From an uncultured Caulobacter sp. (lineage in GTDB: Bacteria > Pseudomonadota > Alphaproteobacteria > Caulobacterales > Caulobacteraceae): DNA of 64,000 nucleotides. Below, piece after piece: positions 22,992-31,555 of the stretch. The notes below the pieces were generated by a model. It searched no databases. It was not told the origin of the DNA and was given only the letters and a program-made list of their open reading frames with translations. Within the stretch, counting starts at the first letter, position 1. Each line of letters opens with the position of its first letter. The stretch is taken from contig CAZRPD010000004.1 in the NCBI GenBank assembly GCA_964601775.1, forward strand, positions 2,687 to 66,686. The letters run 5' to 3'. The translations under genes were made by a program, and so were the position numbers.

Positions 22992-25900
22992 TCATCTCGA
23001 AAATCCCCGGTCCCGGCCTATCCCGATCTCCATGGCCGCCCGCTGCACGGTCGGCGCGGCCAGCACGCGGGCCAGCGCCGAGCCCGGCCCGACGCCCAAG
23101 GCCGGCGCGCGAGCGCGGACCAGTGACTCCAACTGCGGATCACGCTTCAACGCCCCCGCCATGGTCTGCATCCGGGTCTCCAGGCGGCCTCGGGCAAGGC
23201 CGTGCCGCCAGCCGTCCAGCCGCCCGTGCTGGGCCTCCAGGCGCTGCCATTCCTTCACCAGCCGGTCGGCCTTCAAGGCGGGGTCACGCCGCACCCGCGC
23301 TTCGTGTCGGATCGCGCCGGCCAGCTCGGTCCCGCGATCGGCGCCGCGCAGGTCCCGCATCGCCCGCCAGGTCGCCGTCTCATGGCGAAGGGCGCTATGC
23401 AGGTCGCGCACCGCGCCCGGCCGCGCCCCGTCGAGGGCGCGGGCGGCCTCGCGCATTTCGCGCTTCTGATGCTCCAACACCGGCAGGGCCTGGGCGCGCA
23501 TACGTTCGGCCGAATCCAGCGCGCGGGCGTAGCGTTCGGCGACCCGTTCCAGCGGCGGCTTCGGGACCGGCATGGCCCGATCCGGCCCGGCCAGCGGCAG
23601 GTCGCCGACGCGCCCCATGTCAGGCGCCGGCCGGCGCGGCTTCAACGTCAGGCCGTCGAAGATGCCGCGCTTCTCCGTGGCCGGCGCCTCGGCCCGCTCG
23701 CGGGCGGCGCGCTGCATGGACTTCGGCACGATGATGGGCTGTTCGATCCCGCGCCGCGCCGCATAGTCCAGGGTCGTCTCCTTCAGCCCGGCGCGCGACA
23801 ACCGCCCGGACAAGGCGTCCACGTCCTTGAACTCCTCCCGTCCGGCATAGAGCGTCACCTGATCCCGGTGGCGCGTCATGCCGACGTAGGTCAGGTGCCG
23901 GTCCATCGTGCCCGACGCCAGCACATGGGTCTGGTCCACCGTCGCACCCTGGGCCTTATGGATCGTGGTGGCGTAGCCGTGATCCACCGCCGCATAGTCG
24001 GCCATCGACACCGACACCCTGCGCCCGCTTGCCGGACCCTTGGCGGTATCGAGTCTGACCTCCAGCCGGCCGGGCTCGGCGCGCTCCACCGTGCCCAGCA
24101 TCCCGTTCTTCACGCCGAGGTCGCGGTTGTTCTCGCGGAACAGGATGCGGTCGCCGGCCGCGAACGCCCGCTCGCCCTCGGTCGTCTGATAGACGTGCTC
24201 GCCGGCAAGCTCGCCCCGGCCCTGGCGCACGGCGCGGATCGCGTCGTTCAGCTCGGCCACGTCCACCCGGCGGTGCGCCAGCACCAGCCGCGAGCCGTCC
24301 GGCCGAGCGTCCATGTCGGCGATCACGTCCCGCACGATGGCGCTGCGGGCCGCGCCGATATCGTCAGCGAACCGGACGGCGCCTCGCTCGGCATAGGCCG
24401 CCAAACCCTCGGCCGTGCGATGCCGGGCGAAGTCCACCGACGCCTCCCGCTGCCATCCCTCGCGCTGGCGGCGGATTTCGCCAAGCTCCACGAACCCGAC
24501 GCGCTCCGCCACCGCCCGGAACGCCGCGCCGGGTCCGATGGGCTGGAGCTGCTCGGGATCGCCCACCAGCACCACCTTGGCGCCCGCGCGATCCGCCTGT
24601 TCAAGCACGCGCGAAAGCTGGCGGCTTCCGACCATCCCGGCCTCGTCGATCACCAGCACGCTTCGCGAACTGAGCGCGTCGCGCCCGCGCTCCCAACTGC
24701 GCTCCCAGCTCGCCAGGGTGCGGCTGCGGATGCCGGAGGATTCCTCCAAGCCTTCCGCCGCCTTGCCGGCCAGCGCCGCGCCCATCACCTGATAGCCCTC
24801 GGCCTCCCACGCCTGCCGAGCGGCACCCAGCATGGTGCTCTTGCCGGCCCCGGCTAGGCCGACCACCGCCTCGATCCGCTCCGGGCCGAGAACGTGGCGC
24901 ACCGCAGCCTTCTGTTCCTGCGCCAGGAAAGGCCGTTCGGCGATGGCCTGATCGACATGGCGGCGGCCCACGCCGAACGCCCGGCTGTCGGCCATCCGGT
25001 CGGCGCTGTCGGCCATCCGCCGCTCCACCTCGATCATCTCTTTTGTCGAATAGCGGGCCGGCTGCAGGGTGCGGCCGAATTCATCCCTTTGCTCGGGCCG
25101 CAACTCCACCAGCGCCGGTGAGGTCATCGCCTTCAGGAACGCCGACTGGAAGGCGTCGGGATCGTCGATGTAGCGGTGCAGGGTGCGGGCCACGTCGGTG
25201 CGGTCGAAGACGCTCTTTTCGTTGGTGACCAAGCTCAAGGCCTGCTCCGGCTTTTCGCGGATCAGAGCCACGTTTCGGCGCGCCTGATCTTCGTCCTGCC
25301 GGCCGCGCACCACCGACTTGCCGCGCCGGTCCATCTGCGTGGCGTGGACGCCCATGTGCTGGGTCGGCTCGATCTCCAGGCCGCAGTCGCGATGCGAGCG
25401 ATTGTCGATGCGGATATCATGGCCGGCGAGCGCCAGATGCCGGTTGGCGCGCTGCTCCCAATCCAGCCGGATATCCCGCAACTGATCGTGCGAGGTCGGC
25501 AGGCCCAGCGCGGTGAGCTTCTTGTTCTCCAGCTCCAGGTCGGTCTTCTCCCCCAGCCCGCCGGATTCCGCCTTCCGGGTGGTGAGCATGATGTGGGCGT
25601 GGTGGTTCCTCACGTCGGTGTCGCCGTGCGGGCTGTGGATCGCGAAATCCACCGCCACGCCGTAGCGGTCGGCCAACCCATGTGCGAACTCCTGCGTCAG
25701 CTCCAAGCGCTGCTCCGCTGTCAGCTCATGCGGCAGGGCGACTTCGATCTCGCGGGCGACCCGCGCGTCCTTGCGTTTTTCGGCGAACTCGGCCGCATTC
25801 CACAAGGTCGAGCGGTCCTGCGCCCACTCCGCCTCGACGCCTTCGGGCAGCACGATCTCGGTGTGCTCCACGCCACGCCGCGCGGTGAAGTCGTGGGTCT

Positions 25901-26012
25901 GGCCGTCGCGTTCGTTGGTCAGCCGCTCCGACGACCGATAGGCGGCGGCGGCCACAGCGCTCCGGCCCGCGCTGCGACTGATCGGCTTCATCGCCAGGTG
26001 GTAGATCGCCAT
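22992..26012 (-). CDS. traA: Ti-type conjugative relaxase/helicase TraA (MOBQ relaxase fused to a RecD-like helicase)
   Basis: The start is set at MAIYHLAMKPISRSAGRSAVAAAAYRS (catalytic Tyr region). HHAHIMLTTR supplies the His motif. The helicase part contains GLAGAGKSTML, VLVIDEAGMV and TIHKAQGATVD. Confidence 0.92.
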   Translation of the reverse strand: MAIYHLAMKPISRSAGRSAVAAAAYRSSERLTNERDGQTHDFTARRGVEHTEIVLPEGVEAEWAQDRSTLWNAAEFAEKRKDARVAREIEVALPHELTAEQRLELTQEFAHGLADRYGVAVDFAIHSPHGDTDVRNHHAHIMLTTRKAESGGLGEKTDLELENKKLTALGLPTSHDQLRDIRLDWEQRANRHLALAGHDIRIDNRSHRDCGLEIEPTQHMGVHATQMDRRGKSVVRGRQDEDQARRNVALIREKPEQALSLVTNEKSVFDRTDVARTLHRYIDDPDAFQSAFLKAMTSPALVELRPEQRDEFGRTLQPARYSTKEMIEVERRMADSADRMADSRAFGVGRRHVDQAIAERPFLAQEQKAAVRHVLGPERIEAVVGLAGAGKSTMLGAARQAWEAEGYQVMGAALAGKAAEGLEESSGIRSRTLASWERSWERGRDALSSRSVLVIDEAGMVGSRQLSRVLEQADRAGAKVVLVGDPEQLQPIGPGAAFRAVAERVGFVELGEIRRQREGWQREASVDFARHRTAEGLAAYAERGAVRFADDIGAARSAIVRDVIADMDARPDGSRLVLAHRRVDVAELNDAIRAVRQGRGELAGEHVYQTTEGERAFAAGDRILFRENNRDLGVKNGMLGTVERAEPGRLEVRLDTAKGPASGRRVSVSMADYAAVDHGYATTIHKAQGATVDQTHVLASGTMDRHLTYVGMTRHRDQVTLYAGREEFKDVDALSGRLSRAGLKETTLDYAARRGIEQPIIVPKSMQRAARERAEAPATEKRGIFDGLTLKPRRPAPDMGRVGDLPLAGPDRAMPVPKPPLERVAERYARALDSAERMRAQALPVLEHQKREMREAARALDGARPGAVRDLHSALRHETATWRAMRDLRGADRGTELAGAIRHEARVRRDPALKADRLVKEWQRLEAQHGRLDGWRHGLARGRLETRMQTMAGALKRDPQLESLVRARAPALGVGPGSALARVLAAPTVQRAAMEIGIGRDRGFSR

Positions 26013-26117
26013 GACCAACACCCAAATGCGCCGCCGTGCAGCGGCCATTTCGGCGGGCCTCGGGCGCCAAGCCCCCTGTGGGGCCGTCAGTCCGTCGATC
26101 CGACGCTATCAAGCAGT

Positions 26118-26150
26118 GAGTTGCGCAGCAACTCGTAAGTGCGCCCTTCA
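26118..26150 (+). other. Origin of transfer (oriT), RSF1010/Ti-plasmid type
   Basis: A 7-bp inverted repeat, GAGTTGC-gca-GCAACTC, is followed directly by GTAAGTGCGCCCTT. This matches the RSF1010/R1162 nick-region core GTAAGTGCGCCCT. It lies between the divergent traA and mobC-traG genes. Confidence 0.75.
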
Positions 26151-26402
26151 CCAATCTTCACTTCGTTCGATGGGCTCGGGGTGGCTCGCTTGTGAACAAG
26201 CTTGGCAGCGAAATCTGATCGGCGGATTTGGCGTCGCCCAGAAGACCCACGATGTCGCCCTAAATCAACGCGTGATTCTTGGGAATACCTGCGACTGTGG
26301 GTGTGCCGTTTCGGAACACGAGATCAATGCTGCGAGTCGGGTGACGAGGCGAGTGGAAACCGCTATAGGTTTCGGCTGGGGGGATCGCATCGGGAGCGCA
26401 CG

Positions 26403-26696
26403 ATGGCAAAGCGGTCGATCGCCGAACGCCTGGCCCAACTGGAGGCCGAGCGGAAGACTCTACAGAGCAAGCTGGGGAAGCAGGAACGCGCCAAGGACAC
26501 CCGCCGCAAGGTACTGCTCGGGGCCTTCGTCCTGCACCGGCTGGAGAAGGGCCAGGACGCCTTCTCCAAGGAGGAGCTGCCGGCCTGGATCAAGAAGGAG
26601 CTGCCGGGCTTCATCACCCGTGAAGACGACGCGGCGCTGTTCGCCGATCTCATCGGCAAGCCGGCGTCCAAGGGAACGGCGTCTGACGCTTCATAG
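26403..26696 (+). CDS. MobC/TraD-like relaxosome accessory protein (97 aa)
   Basis: Reads MAKRSIAERLAQLEAERKTLQSKLGKQERAKDTRRKVLLGAFVLHRL... This is the same architecture and RRKVL-G motif as RSF1010 MobC as I recall it. It is positioned between oriT and traG. Confidence 0.65.
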   Translation: MAKRSIAERLAQLEAERKTLQSKLGKQERAKDTRRKVLLGAFVLHRLEKGQDAFSKEELPAWIKKELPGFITREDDAALFADLIGKPASKGTASDAS

Positions 26697-26722
26697 GCGC
26701 ATCGCGCGGAGGATCGGGCGTC

Positions 26723-28303
26723 ATGCGGATCGTCCGCTATTACCTGATGGCAATCGTCTACGTGGCCGTTGGCTATGTCCTCGGGACCACGCTCGGGCGC
26801 TACGTGCTGATCCCCTTGGCCGGCGTGGATCGGACCAATGCCGGCCTGACCAACGGACTGACCATATTCGTCGGCGTCTTGGGCGCCGTCTTCGCTCTAT
26901 CGATATGGAACCGGCGTTCTGGCTCCGGCGTATCTTGGGGTGTCCACGGCTCCGCGCGCTGGGCCAGCGAACGTGAAGTCCGCGCCTCGATGGTCCGTCC
27001 GGACGGCCTGATCGTCGGCCGCGAGAACCGTGAACGCGGCCAGCTTCTGCGCTACGGCGGCGAACAGCACCTGATCACCATCGCGCCGACCCGCTCCGGC
27101 AAGGGCGTCGGCGCCATCATCCCCAATCTGCTGACCGCCAATCGCTCGATCCTCTGCATCGATCCCAAGGGCGAGAACGCCCGCGTCGCGGTGCAGGCGC
27201 GCCTCAAGCTGGGGCCGGTGGATGTGGTCGATCCATTCGGCGTCTCGGGCGTCGCCTCGGCCGCCTTCAACCCGCTCGACGGCTTGGACGAGGAGAGCCC
27301 CGACCTGGCCGAGGACGCCGCGCTCCTGGCCGACGCCCTGGTCTACGATCCGCCCGGCCATGCCGGCGAAGCCCACTGGAACGAGGAGGCCAAGGCGCTG
27401 ATCGCGGGCGTCATCCTCTATGTCGTCTGTCATGAAGGACCCGAGGTTCGCAACCTCGTCACGGTGCGCGAGTTGCTCACCTCGGCGCCGGAGGAATTCG
27501 CCGCCCTCCTATCGATCATGCAGAAATCCAAATGCGCCGGCGGCCTCGTCGCCCGCGCCGCCAATCGTCACCTCGGCAAGACCGGCCGGGAGGCGGCGGG
27601 CGTCCTGTCGTCCGCCCAGCGCCACACCCACTTTCTCGACAGCCAGCGGATGGCGGCGGTGCTGGAACGGTCGGACTTCCGGTTCGAAGACCTGAAGGCC
27701 GGAACCTGTACGGTGTTCCTGGTGCTGCCGCCCGAACGCCTGGCCACCCACAGCCGTTGGCTGCGTCTGCTGGTCGCCCAGGCCATCGGCGCGCTCGCGC
27801 GGTCCACGGCGCGTCCCGAGAAACCCGTCCTTCTGCTGCTCGACGAATTCGCCGCGCTGGGCCGGCTGGAACCGGTGGAAAGCGCCTTCGGTCTGATGGC
27901 CGGCTATGGCCTGCAACTGTGGCCCATTCTCCAAGACCTGCACCAGCTCTGGAGCGTCTACGGCGAGCGCGCCGGGACCTTCCTCTCCAACGCCGGCTTG
28001 ATCCAGATTTTCAACGTCGGCGATGTGGAGACCGCAAGCTGGGTGTCGAAGTCGATCGGCTCGATGACCATGGCTTATCAGACGGCCGGGACCAGCGTCT
28101 CCAAAGGCCCGGGCCCGTTCTTGTTCTCGCAGACCACCACCAGCACTTCCACGGCCGATCATCTGGCGCGGCGCGAGCTGCTGACGCCCGACGAGGTCAT
28201 GCGGCTGGACGCCAGCCTCGAAATCCTCCTGCGTCAGGGACAGGCCCCAGTGGCGGCGCGGAAGGTCCGATACTACGCCGATCCGGAATTCCAGAACCTC
28301 TAG
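26723..28303 (+). CDS. traG: Type IV coupling protein (TraG/VirD4 family)
   Basis: 526 aa. Two N-terminal TM helices are followed by Walker A (APTRSGKGVGAIIPNLL) and Walker B (LLLLDEFAALG). Confidence 0.9.
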   Translation: MRIVRYYLMAIVYVAVGYVLGTTLGRYVLIPLAGVDRTNAGLTNGLTIFVGVLGAVFALSIWNRRSGSGVSWGVHGSARWASEREVRASMVRPDGLIVGRENRERGQLLRYGGEQHLITIAPTRSGKGVGAIIPNLLTANRSILCIDPKGENARVAVQARLKLGPVDVVDPFGVSGVASAAFNPLDGLDEESPDLAEDAALLADALVYDPPGHAGEAHWNEEAKALIAGVILYVVCHEGPEVRNLVTVRELLTSAPEEFAALLSIMQKSKCAGGLVARAANRHLGKTGREAAGVLSSAQRHTHFLDSQRMAAVLERSDFRFEDLKAGTCTVFLVLPPERLATHSRWLRLLVAQAIGALARSTARPEKPVLLLLDEFAALGRLEPVESAFGLMAGYGLQLWPILQDLHQLWSVYGERAGTFLSNAGLIQIFNVGDVETASWVSKSIGSMTMAYQTAGTSVSKGPGPFLFSQTTTSTSTADHLARRELLTPDEVMRLDASLEILLRQGQAPVAARKVRYYADPEFQNL

Positions 28304-28412
28304 GCTTCACCAATATGGATTGCGACGGCGCTCGAAAGGCCATCTGTCGGTCAGGCCGTGACGTCACGACGAAACCCAAACGGCGGGCGCAGGCGCGCCC
28401 GCCGTGGGCGGG

Positions 28413-28979
28413 CTAAACGGCATAGGCCATCATTTGGTCCAGGGTCAGGTCGCCCGCGCGGTAGTGCTCCATCAGCTTCGGACTGACCGCGCCCAACCGA
28501 AGCCGCTGGCGCACGACCTGGGCCGACACGCCGAACCGGGCGCCGATCTCCTCGGCGCCAAGACCCCGCCGCTCGGCCTGCTCGCGGAACGCCTCGAACT
28601 CGTCCGCCGGGTGCATGCGGAAGCGAGTGACGTTCTCGTCCAAACTGATCTCGTGAGGATCGTTGGCGAGGTCCACCACGCAGCGCACCGGCTCGGTCTT
28701 CTTGATGGTCTTGCGCTTGGCCAGCAGGGCGAGCGCCAAGCGGCGGCCCTCGCCGATGGTCACCAGATAGAAGCCGGTCGCCACACCGGCCTCGTCCGTC
28801 TCCGGCTCCACCACCGGCGCCTGTAGGACGCTCTTCACCGCGATGCTGGCGGCAAGGGCCTCGATGTCGGCCTCGGCATGGGGGGTCCGCCGCGCGTTGC
28901 GCGGCGACTTCTTCAGCTTGTTGAGCGGCACGTCGATGACGTCGCCGTCCTGATGAACGATTTGAGCTTGTAGGGTCAT
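28413..28979 (-). pseudogene. ParB/Srx N-terminal domain protein, apparently truncated at 188 aa
   Basis: AAGGAG precedes the ATG at 28979. Reads VPLNKLKKSPRNARRTPH...LVTIGEGRRLALALLAKRK...SLDENVTR..MHPADEFEAF...VVRQRLRLGAVSP. It ends abruptly (LDQMMAYAV*) where ICE/plasmid homologs, usually much longer as I recall, continue. It is convergent with the traG end. Confidence 0.55.
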
Positions 28980-29508
28980 GGTCCTGCTCCTTTGGGCATG
29001 GGTTACAGGCGCAAGGCGCGCCTGAACCCTTGCCCGTCGGCGAGACCGGGGGTGCAAACGGAGGGGCGGCTTCGCGGGGAACCGGCTGCAGGGCTTCTAG
29101 TCCTGCGACCTGACCGGACCTTGCTCAGCCCGAAGCTGGGCGGAAGCCGCTCCGAAGTGCGCCGGGGCGGAGCCCCTCCATGTCCTTCTGCAATGCCTAG
29201 ACGTGAGAAAATCCCTCCGCGTCGCAGGCGCGGACATTCTGGCCGTGGATCTTTGCTGTTGACTCGAAGGTGGGGTGGGGAAGACGACGGTCGATCAAGA
29301 CTTCCATGCGGGGGTTGGCCACCGCATGAACGTGGGTCTTCGCGGGCTACCTCTCGATAAGCACGCGTCCGCCAAGGATGGCCCAAGGGACTCTCGAGGA
29401 TCACGCTGACCTCAGCCCGCCCCCGTTCGACCAACCTCTTAGCAGCCGGTGGGCGAGGTGCTTGGGAACGCGCCGGCCAGCAACGGTTGAACATAGGCTT
29501 CGGCGAAC

Positions 29509-29574
29509 GTGAACTCGATTTCACGTTCGGAACACGCGATCGGCCCAAGGCCGCGATACCCACTGTGGCGTCGC
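29509..29574 (+). repeat. 66-bp repeat copy A, containing the palindrome GTGAA-N6-TTCAC (candidate operator/promoter)
   Basis: GTGAACTCGATTTCACGTTCGGAACACGCGATCGGCCC... ends 54 nt upstream of the OMP start. See copy B at 30618..30683. Confidence 0.6.
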
Positions 29575-29627
29575 ACTCCTCGCTCTCAATGAGTGGGAGC
29601 CCAGTAAACCATGAAGGTGCCTTTCCG

Positions 29628-30440
29628 ATGAAAACAATAGTAAGCGCCGCCTTGCTCGGCGTGCTCACGCTCGCCGCTGCTCCTGCCTCGCAAGCCCAGG
29701 AGTGGTCGGGGCCCTACGTCGGCGCGCAGGCCGGGGCTAGCTTCCAGCGGAACAAGGACAAGGAATCGATCCGCTTCGACACGGACCTGAACGGCGCCCC
29801 GGGTAATCAGGTCAATAACGCTGCCGGCGCCAACGCCTTCTCGCCCGGTTTCTGCAACGGCGCAGCGACGACCCCCAACACCGGCTGCCGCAAGCATGAT
29901 GGCGGGTTCGAGTTCGGCGGACGCGCCGGATACGATTGGCAGTTCGGCTCCGTCGTCGTCGGCGCGGTCGGGGAAGCCACCCGCACCCAGGTGCAGGACA
30001 GCGTCACTGCCTTTTCGACCACGCCGGCAGCCTACACCATGACCCGCGAACTGGACGGGCTCCTGGCCGCTCGAGCGCGCCTCGGTTTTGCCATGGGGCG
30101 CAACCTGCCTTATGTCACCGGCGGCTACGCCAAGGGCAAGATTGACCGCCAGTTCAGCACCACCAACACGGCCAACGCCTTTGCCGCCCGCGGTGGCGGC
30201 AAAGGGGCCGATGGCTGGCAACTTGGCGCCGGCATCGACCGCAGACTCACGCAAAAGGTTAGCCTGGGCGTGGAATATCTATACACCAATCTGAAGGACG
30301 ACGGTTATCGGGTCCGGGCGAGCGGCGGGCCCGCCGGCGGACCGTTCACAATGACAAATCCGTCCGGTACCGACTTCAGTCGCAGCCAGGAAAAGTTCAA
30401 GGTCCAGGCAGTCCGCATGACCGCGGCCTATCGGTTCTGA
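29628..30440 (+). CDS. Outer-membrane beta-barrel protein (OMP_b-brl / porin family)
   Basis: The start is set at MKTIVSAALLGVLTLAAAPASQA (signal peptide). The sequence has an alternating beta-strand pattern and a C-terminal AAYRF. Confidence 0.8.
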   Translation: MKTIVSAALLGVLTLAAAPASQAQEWSGPYVGAQAGASFQRNKDKESIRFDTDLNGAPGNQVNNAAGANAFSPGFCNGAATTPNTGCRKHDGGFEFGGRAGYDWQFGSVVVGAVGEATRTQVQDSVTAFSTTPAAYTMTRELDGLLAARARLGFAMGRNLPYVTGGYAKGKIDRQFSTTNTANAFAARGGGKGADGWQLGAGIDRRLTQKVSLGVEYLYTNLKDDGYRVRASGGPAGGPFTMTNPSGTDFSRSQEKFKVQAVRMTAAYRF

Positions 30441-30617
30441 TCGGCGGAAGCGGCGAACGTTGGGGTGCACCCCCATGCTGAGGCACGATCGATGCATCGC
30501 GGCGCAAGTCTTGGGTTGTATCGAGCCAGTCGCTCCGAACTCCCTAGCCTTGAGCGTCGTTTGACGCTTGAAATCGGGCCGCTTCTCGCCGCTCTCGGCA
30601 CAGCAGCTCGGATGCAG

Positions 30618-30683
30618 GTGAACTCGATTTCACGTTCAGGACACGTCATCGGCCCTGGGCTACGGTATTCATTGTGATGTCGC
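30618..30683 (+). repeat. 66-bp repeat copy B, containing the palindrome GTGAA-N6-TTCAC
   Basis: The first 20 nt are identical to copy A. By hand alignment about 52 of 66 positions are identical overall. It lies about 195 nt upstream of the response-regulator gene. Confidence 0.6.
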
Positions 30684-30877
30684 CTTAGCGACGGGATGAG
30701 GCCTCCCCGCCCGTCCGAACCTAACCGGGCCCGCGCTTCCCCACGGCGCGCGGGTCAAGACCGCCGGCTGCGACGCCCCCCTCGCAGCCGGCGGCTAACT
30801 TGTCGCTCTGTGTCGCGATGCCGCTCCCACGATAAGTTATGACAACGGTTGGCGGTCAGCCGTAGAGGGGTCTCCTA

Positions 30878-31555
30878 ATGAAGCTGTTGATCATCGAGGA
30901 TGACGCCGTAACCGCGGGCTACGTGCAGCAGGGCCTGGCCGAGCTGGGCCACGCCTGCGACCACGCGCCGACCGGGCTCGATGGCCTGACAGCCGCACTG
31001 ACCAATAGCTATGACGCGATCATCCTCGATCGCAACCTGCCCAAACTCGACGGTTTGTCCGTCCTACGAGCTCTGCGGGCTGAGGACAACAAAACGCCAG
31101 TGCTGGTGCTCAGCGCGCTTGGGCAAGTCGATGACCGCGTGCAGGGTCTGAACGCCGGCGGCGATGACTATCTGACCAAGCCGTTCTCGTTTCATGAACT
31201 GATGGCGAGGATCGCCGCGATCATGCGGCGGGGCGGCGGAGGGTCGGCCGAGACGACCGTGCTCCGGGTCGCGGATCTAGAACTGGATCTGCTCAGACGC
31301 ACCGCGACACGCGGCGGGCGGCGAATAGATCTCCTGACGAAGGAATTTCAGCTGCTCGAGTACTTCATGCGGCATGCGGGACAGGTGGTGACGCGAACGA
31401 TGCTATTGGAAGCCGCCTGGGATTACAGCTTCCACCCGGGCACGAACGTCATCGACGTCCACATCAGTCGCCTCCGCGCCAAGGTTGAACAGGGGGCCGA
31501 GGCCCCGTTGCTCCATACAGTCAGAGGGGCCGGATACCAACTTGATGGGCGGTAG
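30878..31555 (+). CDS. OmpR/PhoB-family response regulator
   Basis: 225 aa. The receiver domain is KLLIIEDD...AIILDRNLPKLDG, and the winged-helix output domain contains TKEFQLLEYFM...RGAGY. Confidence 0.9.
   Translation: MKLLIIEDDAVTAGYVQQGLAELGHACDHAPTGLDGLTAALTNSYDAIILDRNLPKLDGLSVLRALRAEDNKTPVLVLSALGQVDDRVQGLNAGGDDYLTKPFSFHELMARIAAIMRRGGGGSAETTVLRVADLELDLLRRTATRGGRRIDLLTKEFQLLEYFMRHAGQVVTRTMLLEAAWDYSFHPGTNVIDVHISRLRAKVEQGAEAPLLHTVRGAGYQLDGR

Noticed and set aside
28355-28366. A 12-bp palindrome, CGTGACGTCACG, in the traG/parB convergent gap
   Set aside because: It is short, isolated and lies in a probable deletion junction. No functional assignment is possible from the sequence alone.
29003-29668. 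A 221-aa minus-strand ORF, and 28992..29360(+), in the gap between ParB and the OMP gene
   Set aside because: It has Arg/Pro/Ser-rich shadow-like composition, no motifs and no ribosome-binding site. The region looks like decayed non-coding DNA. A short minus-strand peptide (...EVLIDRRLPHPTFEST...) hints at a gene relic, but it is too weak to call.
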